Shown: one piece after another, positions 14,972-23,006 of the stretch
How positions within the stretch are numbered: the first letter of the stretch is position 1
Layout: every line of letters starts with the position of its first letter
Source: Verrucomicrobiaceae bacterium
GTDB taxonomy: Bacteria > Verrucomicrobiota > Verrucomicrobiia > Verrucomicrobiales > Verrucomicrobiaceae
Reading direction: 5' to 3'
Assembly: GCA_028293175.1 (NCBI GenBank)
Contig: JAQGPI010000620.1
Location: 1 to 40,786 of the forward strand
Length of the DNA stretch: 40,786 bases
Program-made: the position numbers and the translations under genes
Notes under the pieces: model-generated
What the model was told of the DNA's origin: nothing
Seen by the model: only the letters and a program-made list of their open reading frames with translations
The model's database searches: none

Positions 14972-16280
14972 ATGCAATTCCCTCGCCCGGCCCTGCGCGC
15001 CTGCTTGTTCGCTTTTTTCAGCTTCCTGGCTATGGGCATCGCAGCTCATGCTGGATTGGGGGACAACTGGTTCGCCCACCGTTTCACCAACCGCCAGGGT
15101 GTCGCATATGGCTCGGGCCTTTTCGTCGCTGTTTCCGCAGATAACGGCGGTGATGCGCAGTACTCCACCGATGGCACGGCATGGACCACGGTGAACACCG
15201 GTACCTTTTCCAGGCTGGCAGGTATCTCCCGCATCGGTGCGAAGTTTTATGCCGTGGCCAGCAGCGAGCTGGCCGCCTCGGCTGATGGCGTCACTTGGGC
15301 GGCCTCCACCCCCTTCAGCATTAAGGACGATATCCGTTCCATCACCGGCTCTGGCGATACCCTGGTGGCCGTTCGCAATATGGGTAGTAGTGCCGGGTAC
15401 ATTGGTATCATCTACCTTTCTACTAATGCGGGCGGTTCGTCGCCGCTGGCTGCCAGGACCACAGCGATGATCCCGGCATCATTATCGGCAGCATCATCCT
15501 CACCTCCCCGATGGCATCACAAGGACGCAGCAGCGCACCGTGAGCGATGAGCCCCTGCAAAGCATCACCTGGAATGGCACCACTTTCGTTGCCGTAGGCC
15601 GCCTCTCCCCCGCCAATGGCATCTACGCCCCAGTGATCCTCACCACCAATGACGCCACTCAGTGGACTAGCAGGGATGCCGCCAGCTTCGTCCAGGAGCA
15701 ACCCCTCGTCAGCGTCCTCTGGGATGGCGGCCGGTTCCTCGCCTTTGGCCGTGATCGCACCATCCAGCACTCCCTGGATGGTATTGTCTGGCAGTCCTCT
15801 GATACCCCCTGCCGGGAAATTACGCCATCACCGCCGCCTGCTGGACCGGGCTCGAATTCATCGTCACCTCCGGTGATGGAGGCACCTTCGTTTCCTCGGA
15901 TGGGGTCAACTGGACCATAGCCTGCAACGGACCGGTCGCTGTCGCCGTGGGCGAGCATGCCACCATCCAGAGCAGTGGTACTGGTATCCCCATCACTCCC
16001 GTCGTGAATTTTGCCGCTCTGCGCTCCACCGTGCCGGAATCCGTCGCCACCGCCCGCATCCTCATCACTATCGATCCGGCCCCTGCCATAAAGATTACCA
16101 TCTCCCTACATGCCGCTGGCGCTCCCAGCGGCACCGCCAGCCCTCTACTACTCACCGGCAAGGAGGCTGATGTCACCCTGCCCTCGCCCCTGAACATCGT
16201 CTTCAATCCGGGCGAGACTCGCAAGTTCCTTACCATCAAGGTCACCAATGAGCTGCGCGACGAGGTCAATGAGACGCTCC
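14972..16280 (+). pseudogene. secreted beta-propeller-repeat / Calx-beta protein, disrupted by at least 3 frameshifts and 3'-truncated
   Basis: Signal peptide MQFPRPALRACLFAFFSFLAMGIAAHA. Repeats of the type G.FVAV(G/S)...S.DG..W continue across frame changes near 15427-15436, 15506-15512 (C4 run) and 15805-15810 (C5 run). The last frame encodes a Calx-beta-like module (VVNFAALRSTVPES...GTAS...IVFNPGETRKFLTIKVTNELRDEVNETL) that breaks off at about 16280. Confidence 0.75.
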
Positions 16281-16295
16281 AACATAGCAGGCCAA

Positions 16296-16338
16296 AAATG
16301 TTTTGCTTGCAAACATTTAACCGTTTGGTTAAATGTTT
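16296..16338. promoter_or_regulatory. palindromic operator candidate for the ArsR-family repressor
   Basis: aaatgttt-tgcttgc-aaacatttaacc-gttt-ggttaaatgttt. A perfect 12-bp inverted repeat (16311-16322 / 16327-16338, 4-nt spacer) overlaps an 8-bp inverted repeat (16296-16303 / 16311-16318). The site lies 27-70 nt upstream of the arsR-like ATG at 16365. Confidence 0.65.
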
Positions 16339-16364
16339 ACACGAGCCCGATAAAGCCGTTCAGC

Positions 16365-16751
16365 ATGAGCCAGCGTACCACAGCCAAAAATCCGATCCCG
16401 CTAGACCTTGTGTTCGCGGCCCTCGCGGATGCAACGCGGCGGGCGATTCTAGATCAACTGAGCAACGGCGAGTCCTCAGTGAGCGAGCTGGCCGCCCCGC
16501 ACGACATGTCGTTGCCTGCGGTATCGAAGCATTTGCGAGTACTGGAGGACGCAGGGTTGCTGGCTCGGCGGGTGGATGGCCGCACGCACTTTCTCTCGGT
16601 GAACGCAAAACCGCTCGATGCCGCCGTCAGCTGGATGGAACGCCATCGGCAGTTCTGGGGAGGCGGTTTTGACCGGCTTGCCGCGCTCGTGGAAAAGCCA
16701 GAGTCCGACACTAGCACCGCTATTTCTTTGTCACCGAAACCCAAACGCTAA
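16365..16751 (+). CDS. ArsR/SmtB-family winged-helix transcriptional regulator
   Basis: From the internal ATG 16365 (128 aa): FAALADATRRAILDQLSNGESSVSELAAPHDMSLPAVSKHLRVLEDAGLL. The track start at 16248 lies inside pseudogene and operator DNA. Confidence 0.9.
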   Translation: MSQRTTAKNPIPLDLVFAALADATRRAILDQLSNGESSVSELAAPHDMSLPAVSKHLRVLEDAGLLARRVDGRTHFLSVNAKPLDAAVSWMERHRQFWGGGFDRLAALVEKPESDTSTAISLSPKPKR

Positions 16752-16758
16752 CAGCACC

Positions 16759-17217
16759 ATGACCGCCGCCCCCACCGCTACCGACGCCTCCGACACCCTG
16801 AGTATCATCCGCCAGTTCAAAGCAAAGCGCGACCGCGTCTTCGCTGCCTTTACTACCTTTGAAACGATGGCCGAATGGTTTGGCCCGCCCGGCTGCAACG
16901 TCAAAGGCGGCAGCGTGGATTTCCGCATAGGTGGCGCTTATCAGATGCGCATTACCATGCCCGATGGCGAAGCTGTTGTTGGCGGCCAATACCGTGAGAT
17001 CGCACCACCAGACAGGCTCGTTTTCACCTGGAAATGGGAGGACGACGAGGACTGGACAAACTTGGAATCGGTCGTGACGCTGGAGTTCCTCGCCAAGGGC
17101 GATGAAACAGAGCTGCGGCTGACCCAGACGGGCTTCCCCAGCTCAGAAAGCTGCGGCCGCCACCAGTTCGGCTGGTCCGGTTGCTTCGACAAATTGGAAG
17201 TCCTTTTTGCCGCCTAA
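16759..17217 (+). CDS. SRPBCC-superfamily protein (AHSA1/Aha1-like domain)
   Basis: From ATG 16759 (152 aa): RQFKAKRDRVFAAFTTFETMAEWFGP...LVFTWKWEDD...TLEFLAKGDETELRLTQTGF. arsR followed by an SRPBCC gene is a common pairing. Confidence 0.85.
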   Translation: MTAAPTATDASDTLSIIRQFKAKRDRVFAAFTTFETMAEWFGPPGCNVKGGSVDFRIGGAYQMRITMPDGEAVVGGQYREIAPPDRLVFTWKWEDDEDWTNLESVVTLEFLAKGDETELRLTQTGFPSSESCGRHQFGWSGCFDKLEVLFAA

Positions 17218-17250
17218 TACATCCTAATCTGTACTACACCTCCCATCTCC

Positions 17251-17664
17251 ATGAATACCAAAAGCCTGCTCATCACCACCGTCGTCGCTTTCATCCTCGT
17301 CTTCTTCACTGACTTCCTCATCCACGGCGTGTGGCTGGCACCGGTATATGCCGCCACCCATCAGCTATGGCGGCCTGAATCGGAAATGAAGGGTTTTATG
17401 CCCTGGCTTGCTGCCGGACAGTTCCTGAGCGCGGCCACCTTCGCAGTATTATGGGCGGTAGGTTTTGCCCAGAAGGCGAAGCTGTCCTGCTCGCTGAAGT
17501 ACGGTGTGACGATGGGACTGTTTTTTCAATCGAGCACCCTGATTAACTACGCGGTCTCCCCGCTGACGCCGGAGATCGCGGCCAAGTGGTTCATCTCAGG
17601 CGTGCTGCAATGTGCCTTGCTTGGCGTGGTGGTGTTCTTCGTTTACAAGCCAAAGGCGGAGTAG
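17251..17664 (+). CDS. small integral membrane protein (about 4 TM), unknown function
   Basis: 137 aa with hydrophobic segments LLITTVVAFILVFFTDFLI, LAAGQFLSAATFAVLWAVGF and VLQCALLGVVVFFVY. It is followed by a strong terminator. Confidence 0.7.
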   Translation: MNTKSLLITTVVAFILVFFTDFLIHGVWLAPVYAATHQLWRPESEMKGFMPWLAAGQFLSAATFAVLWAVGFAQKAKLSCSLKYGVTMGLFFQSSTLINYAVSPLTPEIAAKWFISGVLQCALLGVVVFFVYKPKAE

Positions 17665-17702
17665 CGAGCCAGCGTACATGTTTTGGATAAACCGCACCCC
17701 GA

Positions 17703-17741
17703 AGAGACCTCGATCCAGCCGGAGCGAGGTCTCTTTTTGTT
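17703..17741 (+). terminator. rho-independent terminator
   Basis: Perfect 10-bp stem agagacctcg/cgaggtctct, 12-nt loop, then ttttgtt. It lies 39 nt after the stop at 17664. Confidence 0.8.
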
Positions 17742-17853
17742 GGCGTTGCCAGAGGTGCTTTTGGCGGCTATACCCGGCGGTTGTTTTGCGTCTCCCGAAT
17801 TCCCTGGCAGATGTGAAATTTAAACTTTCCCAAAGCATTCTCACCCCGTAGTT

Positions 17854-18771
17854 TTGACCGTGATTTCCCAACGCATGTACTTGAGCATCTGGATCGGCAT
17901 AATGATGGGCGCCAGCCAGAGCGGCTGCTCCGTGGCAAATGCGCCTGCAACCCCGCAGCCACCAGTGGTGCAAACCGTACCCAGCGGGCCACCGATGACC
18001 GTGGGCTCCATCACCAACCCGGACTCACCTTTGTCCAAGGTGCCAGCGCCAGGGATGCGTACGCGCTATAACAGCGTGCATACGGATCAAATGGCGCTAG
18101 GCATGACCTTTGATGACGGCCCGCATCCGGTGAACACGCCGAAGCTGCTGGACCTGCTGAAGGCCCGTAATATCAAGGCCACCTTCTTCCTCGTCGGCGA
18201 GCGTGTAAAGATGCATCCGGAAATCGTGCGCCGCATGCTCGCAGAAGGACATGAAGTGGCAAACCACACCTGGACTCACCCAAGTCTCGTGAGCATTTCC
18301 GATGGGAAAATCCGCAGTGAGTTTCAGCGTACCGCCGATGCCATCTGGGATGCGGCACAATACCGCCCCCATCTGATGAGGCCTCCTTTCGGCGCCACTA
18401 ACAAGCGTATTGAAGAGTGGGTGTACAACGAGTTTGGCTACTCCTCCATCACTTGGTCGGTGGACCCCAACGATTGGCGCAAGCCAGGCGTGCAAGTGGT
18501 GGCAAACCGTTTAATTGCCGGCGCGCACAAAGGGGCTATCATGCTGGCGCACGATATCCATGCGCCAACGATTGAAGCAATGCCGCAGGTGTTCGATGCA
18601 CTGCTGGCCAAGGGCTATAAGTTCCTTACTGTCAGCCAGCTGATCAATCTGGAGCAACAGTCCATGCCCGTGGGAGTGATTGTAAACCCAGAAGCCGAGC
18701 ACGAGGCCGAACCTTCTGAAGCGAAGTCCGCCAAGCCGAAGCAAAAGGGCAAGGCGCACAAGGCATCATGA
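17854..18771 (+). CDS. polysaccharide deacetylase (NodB homology domain, CE4), probable lipoprotein
   Basis: Motifs MTFDDGPHP, ATFFLVG and HEVANHTWTHP. The N-terminus carries a lipobox-like SQSGC. The exact start is uncertain. Confidence 0.9.
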   Translation: MTVISQRMYLSIWIGIMMGASQSGCSVANAPATPQPPVVQTVPSGPPMTVGSITNPDSPLSKVPAPGMRTRYNSVHTDQMALGMTFDDGPHPVNTPKLLDLLKARNIKATFFLVGERVKMHPEIVRRMLAEGHEVANHTWTHPSLVSISDGKIRSEFQRTADAIWDAAQYRPHLMRPPFGATNKRIEEWVYNEFGYSSITWSVDPNDWRKPGVQVVANRLIAGAHKGAIMLAHDIHAPTIEAMPQVFDALLAKGYKFLTVSQLINLEQQSMPVGVIVNPEAEHEAEPSEAKSAKPKQKGKAHKAS

Positions 18772-18781
18772 TGACCGGCCC

Positions 18782-20515
18782 ATGATCGGTGAAGACTACT
18801 TCGAACTGCGATCCAAGCTCGGCACGGACCTATACGTCCTTGCCGGATTGGTGCACGATCTTGGCGGCTCGGGTGACGATGTGCACATCCTGGAAAACCT
18901 GATCTCCAGCCTAAACGATCCATTTGTATTCGTGGTGGTGGGCGAGGTAAACGTAGGCAAGTCCACTTTCCTCAATGCCTTGTTCGGTGCGGACTTTTCA
19001 CGCACTGGAGTGATGCCCACGACCGACAAGATTTACTTCTTCAAGTACGGGCCTGAGATACAGACGACGACCATTGCGCCCACCGTAGAGGAGGTACGTG
19101 TGCCCTGCGGCTTCCTGAAGGACTTCCACATCGTGGATACGCCCGGCACTAACAGCATCGAGAACGAGCACCAGCAGATCACCGAGCGCTTCGTGCCAAT
19201 GGCAGATCTGGTAGTGTTTGTGTTCAGCGCGATGAACCCCTGGGGGGCCTCCGCATGGCAGTTCCTGGAAAAGGTCCACCGCCACTGGATGCGGAATGTG
19301 ATCTTCGTCCTCCAGCAGTGCGATCTGCGCACGCCTGAGGAAATCCAGGTGATAACGGATTACATGGGGCAGTTGTCCCGGCAACGGTTCAATCGCGATT
19401 TCCCCCTGTTTGCCGTCTCGGCAAAGAAAGCGTACCTCGCTCGCAGCTCAGGATTAGACCGAGAACAACTCCTCGCGGACAGTGGCTTTCAGTTTCTAGA
19501 AGACCACATCAGCCACACCGTCACACAAAGTCCTACACGCCTAGCTAAGCTCGGCTCGGCGCTACGGCTGGCTACACAGGTGCTGAACCAGCTCACCCAG
19601 CGCACCACAAGCCGGTTGGCGACAGTACGCGAGCGACGGCAGTTGATTGATGAAATGCAAGCGGAGCGCGAGGTGCAGGTGCAGCGCACGCAGACCAAAT
19701 TCAACGCTGCACTGGATGCCACAGACCGTGATTATCGTGAAGCCGCCATGCAGGTGGTGGCGCTTGCACACAGTAATTTTTCCGTGCGCGCCGCCTTCGC
19801 CGCCGTGAAGGAAGATAACCGCCTACCGCAAAATCTCGACCTGCGCCTTTTCCAGGACATGCTCGCGCGCTCCGGTGAACGCTGGCAACAGGTGGCGGCG
19901 ATCCTTGAGGACGATTTCAAGCGCTTCGAGGACTACATCAGCCATCACTGGCGCGGCGAACTGCACCTCTCGGAACTCAAGAACGAAGAGGGCGAGGATG
20001 TCAGCGTAGAAACGCGGCGGCGTTTCTTCAGCCGTTTTGAAACCGCACTGCGCCGCTTTGTTCTAGGGCTGAAAATCCAGGAAACCCTTGAGCCAGGTCT
20101 CATTCTCTCGCGGGAACGAGCACGCCGGATGCCCTGGTTGGCAGTAATGTTGCCGATCACTGCGGCGGTAGGTGCGCAGTTCGGTTGGATTTATGGCCTT
20201 GCCACCCTGGGCTTCGGTTTCTGCCTCCTCCTGGTGTTGCTTTTCACTTTGAAAGCCGGCCTGCGGCACACGCTGGAAGCGCTGGCAGGCCAGTTTGATG
20301 AAGCCCGCGAAACCTTACGCAGTATCATGCAAGAGCATGCAAGGGAGGAGACAGAGAACGCTTTCAGCGTATTTTCCCGCATTCTAGAGCCCGCGAGAGA
20401 TGGCCTGGAGCAGGAGGAAGAGGCGAAACGCTCGATTTCCACTCGGTTGCAGGATGTGCAAATGTCTTTCCAAAAACTCGCGGGACAGTTGCATGGGCAT
20501 GTTCCCCCGGTGTAA
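18782..20515 (+). CDS. bacterial dynamin-like GTPase with C-terminal membrane hairpin
   Basis: 577 aa. G1 VVGEVNVGKSTFLNALFG, G3 DTPGTNS, G4-like VLQQCD. Long helical stalk. Hydrophobic hairpin MPWLAVMLPITAAVGAQFGWIYGLATLGFGFCLLLVLLF. Confidence 0.85.
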   Translation: MIGEDYFELRSKLGTDLYVLAGLVHDLGGSGDDVHILENLISSLNDPFVFVVVGEVNVGKSTFLNALFGADFSRTGVMPTTDKIYFFKYGPEIQTTTIAPTVEEVRVPCGFLKDFHIVDTPGTNSIENEHQQITERFVPMADLVVFVFSAMNPWGASAWQFLEKVHRHWMRNVIFVLQQCDLRTPEEIQVITDYMGQLSRQRFNRDFPLFAVSAKKAYLARSSGLDREQLLADSGFQFLEDHISHTVTQSPTRLAKLGSALRLATQVLNQLTQRTTSRLATVRERRQLIDEMQAEREVQVQRTQTKFNAALDATDRDYREAAMQVVALAHSNFSVRAAFAAVKEDNRLPQNLDLRLFQDMLARSGERWQQVAAILEDDFKRFEDYISHHWRGELHLSELKNEEGEDVSVETRRRFFSRFETALRRFVLGLKIQETLEPGLILSRERARRMPWLAVMLPITAAVGAQFGWIYGLATLGFGFCLLLVLLFTLKAGLRHTLEALAGQFDEARETLRSIMQEHAREETENAFSVFSRILEPARDGLEQEEEAKRSISTRLQDVQMSFQKLAGQLHGHVPPV

Positions 20516-20531
20516 GAGGCTTTATCTGCCC

Positions 20532-21434
20532 ATGGCGACCCCCAGCCCCGTTCCAGTTTCAACGCCGCCCTCCAAGCGGCGCATCTTCATCACCCGCCTC
20601 GCCAGCTCGCTGGTGCTATGGGCTGTGATGCTGCTGGCCATCATTTGGAAAAGTCAGCCGCTGTTTGTCGCCATCGCTTGCTTCTTCGGCGTAGCAGGCG
20701 CTGCGGAATATTTCCGGCTGCTGGCAAGAGATCTGGGCTCAAAGTCATTCCCGGCGCTGGGCATGGTAATCTGCCTGTGTCACTGGGCCGCCGTCTTGCA
20801 CCATGTGCTCAGCTATCATACGGAGCCGCCATGGGGCATTGATCTCGCGGCGCTCGTGGTCGCCGTACAAGGCTGCTTCCTGCTCTGCTATCGCCGTAAC
20901 CTCGAGGGCGAGATGACGCTGAAGCGTATCTTCGCCACGGTCTTCGGCGTAGTTTACACCGTCATCTTCTTCGGTTTCATCGTGCGCCTGATGTACTTCC
21001 AGAGCGATGGCTCGGGCCTCAACGGAGCCTACCTCATGCTCTTTGTCATCATGGTCACCAAGTTTACCGACATGGGTGCCTATCTCCTCGGCTCCGCGAT
21101 TGGCAAGCACAAGATGATCCCGCACATCAGCCCGGCCAAGACTTGGGAAGGCCTCGCGGGCGCCATGATAGCGGGCTTCGCTGCTGCCATCATCATGTTA
21201 GTCTGGGCACCCGTTGAACTGCGGCCGCTGAACTGGTTCCATGCCCTCGCCCTGGTCCCCATTCTTTGCTTTTGCGGTGTCACCGGGGACCTCGCGGAAT
21301 CCATTCTCAAGCGCTGCCTCGCCATCAAGGACTCCGGCCACAAACTCCCTGGTATCGGCGGCATTCTGGACCTCACGGACAGCCTGCTCTTCACCGCGCC
21401 GGTGTTTTACTTCTATCTGCGAGCGATCCAGTAG
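20532..21434 (+). CDS. cdsA: phosphatidate cytidylyltransferase (CdsA family, divergent signature)
   Basis: From ATG 20532 (300 aa), multi-TM. Motifs KFTDMGAYLLGSAIGKHKM, ISPAKTWEG and GDLAESILKRCLAIKDSGHKLPGIGGILDLTD. The position upstream of dxr is conserved in many bacteria. Confidence 0.8.
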   Translation: MATPSPVPVSTPPSKRRIFITRLASSLVLWAVMLLAIIWKSQPLFVAIACFFGVAGAAEYFRLLARDLGSKSFPALGMVICLCHWAAVLHHVLSYHTEPPWGIDLAALVVAVQGCFLLCYRRNLEGEMTLKRIFATVFGVVYTVIFFGFIVRLMYFQSDGSGLNGAYLMLFVIMVTKFTDMGAYLLGSAIGKHKMIPHISPAKTWEGLAGAMIAGFAAAIIMLVWAPVELRPLNWFHALALVPILCFCGVTGDLAESILKRCLAIKDSGHKLPGIGGILDLTDSLLFTAPVFYFYLRAIQ

Positions 21435-21447
21435 GAAGAAAACTGCT

Positions 21448-21813
21448 ATGAAAGACGATGAGTCAGCTTCTCCAAGTCCGTCACCGCAGCAATGCATTGT
21501 CGAGCTAGCTTCCGCCATTCTAAACGGCGGGCTTGGGATCATCGAAGGTTCGCGCCGCATTTGTAACCTTCAGCGGGATGTTTCATCTCTCGACCATGAT
21601 CCGGATTTTCTGCCATTCGTTGTAATTGATAGTGAGACGGATCACTTTCCAATCGGTGAAACCCGACAGCACTGGGCACCCGAATCGCTCGTACTGAAAG
21701 ACAGGGAAATAGTAAACGCAGAATCGTTTTACCAGGAACTTGCTTTCGCTGGCTGTAGACGACTGCTCGAACGATTTGAGATCAAACCAACCAGTCCCAC
21801 ACACAACGTCTGA
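21448..21813 (+). CDS. hypothetical protein
   Basis: 121 aa from ATG 21448 (MKDDESASPSPSPQQC...). The track ORF starts at 21241 inside cdsA. It looks AT-richer than its flanks by eye. No motif recognised. Confidence 0.5.
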   Translation: MKDDESASPSPSPQQCIVELASAILNGGLGIIEGSRRICNLQRDVSSLDHDPDFLPFVVIDSETDHFPIGETRQHWAPESLVLKDREIVNAESFYQELAFAGCRRLLERFEIKPTSPTHNV

Positions 21814-21830
21814 ACCGTTGGCTTCTACAT

Positions 21831-22982
21831 TTGATTCATTCCATGCCCCGCAAAGTCCTCATCCTCGGCAGCACCGGCTCCATCGGCACCAGCGCCCTGA
21901 AAGTCGCGCGCGATATTCCTGATCGCATGGAAGTAGTGGGCCTCGCCGCCTGCCGTAGTGTCGATACCTTGGTGGCGCAGGTGGCGGAAACGGGCGTCAA
22001 AATGGTGGCGGTCACTGATGCTGATGCTGCGCGCCAGGCCCGTTTATTGCTGCCTGCGGATGTCACCGTCTTCGATGGATCCCAGGGCCTCGTCGATCTT
22101 GTGCAGGCCAGCGATGCAGACATGGTGATTGTCGCCATCATCGGCGTCGCAGGGCTCGCCCCTACGCTCGCTGCGATTGAAAAGAAGATGCATCTCGCTA
22201 TCGCCAGCAAGGAGATCTTGGTGATGGCCGGTGAATCCGTGATGACCGCTGCCAAACGCCAAGGGGTCAACGTCCTGCCGGTGGACAGTGAGCACAACGC
22301 TATATTCCAATGCCTGGAAGGTGCCAACGGCAATGCCGTACGCCGTCTTCTCGTCACCGCTTCGGGTGGTCCGTTCCGCAAACTCCCCGCCGACCAATTG
22401 CCAAGCGTCACGGTTGCCCAGGCTTTGAAACACCCCACCTGGACCATGGGCCGCAAGATCACCATCGACAGCGCCACTCTTTTCAACAAGGGCCTGGAAA
22501 TGATCGAGGCGCGCTGGCTTTTCGATGTGCCCATGAGCAAGATCGATGTGGTGGTACATCCGCAGAGCATCGTGCACAGCATGGTCGAGTTTGAAGACAA
22601 CAGCGTCATCGCTCAGCTCAGTCACAGCGACATGTGCTTCCCCATCCAGTACGCCGTCACCTGGCCGCAACGCGTGACCAACAGCCTGCCGCCGCTGGAT
22701 TTCGCTAAGCTGGCGGCTTTGCATTTTGAGGCACCGCGCACCGATGATTTCCCCGCCCTGAATCTCGCACGCCACGCCGGTACTGTCGGCGGCAGCATGC
22801 CTGCCGTGCTCAACGCCGCCAACGAAGTCGCTGTCGAGGCCTTCCTCAACGGCCGCACCAACTTTCCTGCCATCTGGATCACGGTGGAGCGTGTCATGTC
22901 TGCGCACACTTTGGTTGAGCATCCTACACTGTCGGAACTTATCGAAGCCGATGCGTGGGCGAGAGCGGAAGCGGGCAGGTAA
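21831..22982 (+). CDS. dxr: 1-deoxy-D-xylulose 5-phosphate reductoisomerase
   Basis: Motifs LILGSTGSIGTSAL, LPVDSEHNAIFQCL, TASGGPFR, HPTWTMGRKITIDSATLFNKGLEMIEA and HPQSIVHSMVEF. An alternative start lies at 21843. Confidence 0.97.
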   Translation: MIHSMPRKVLILGSTGSIGTSALKVARDIPDRMEVVGLAACRSVDTLVAQVAETGVKMVAVTDADAARQARLLLPADVTVFDGSQGLVDLVQASDADMVIVAIIGVAGLAPTLAAIEKKMHLAIASKEILVMAGESVMTAAKRQGVNVLPVDSEHNAIFQCLEGANGNAVRRLLVTASGGPFRKLPADQLPSVTVAQALKHPTWTMGRKITIDSATLFNKGLEMIEARWLFDVPMSKIDVVVHPQSIVHSMVEFEDNSVIAQLSHSDMCFPIQYAVTWPQRVTNSLPPLDFAKLAALHFEAPRTDDFPALNLARHAGTVGGSMPAVLNAANEVAVEAFLNGRTNFPAIWITVERVMSAHTLVEHPTLSELIEADAWARAEAGR

Positions 22983-23006
22983 CGGATTTTCTCTTTTCTA
23001 TTCTTC

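Noticed and set aside
15540-16672. Track ORFs 15540..15920 and 15947..16672 as independent genes
   Set aside because: They continue the same repeat architecture as 14972..15550 across frame changes. The tail of 15947..16672 runs through the operator and arsR in the wrong frame. I merged them into one pseudogene call.
21836-22922. Minus-strand ORFs 21836..22609 and 22044..22922
   Set aside because: They are antisense to dxr, which is unambiguous.
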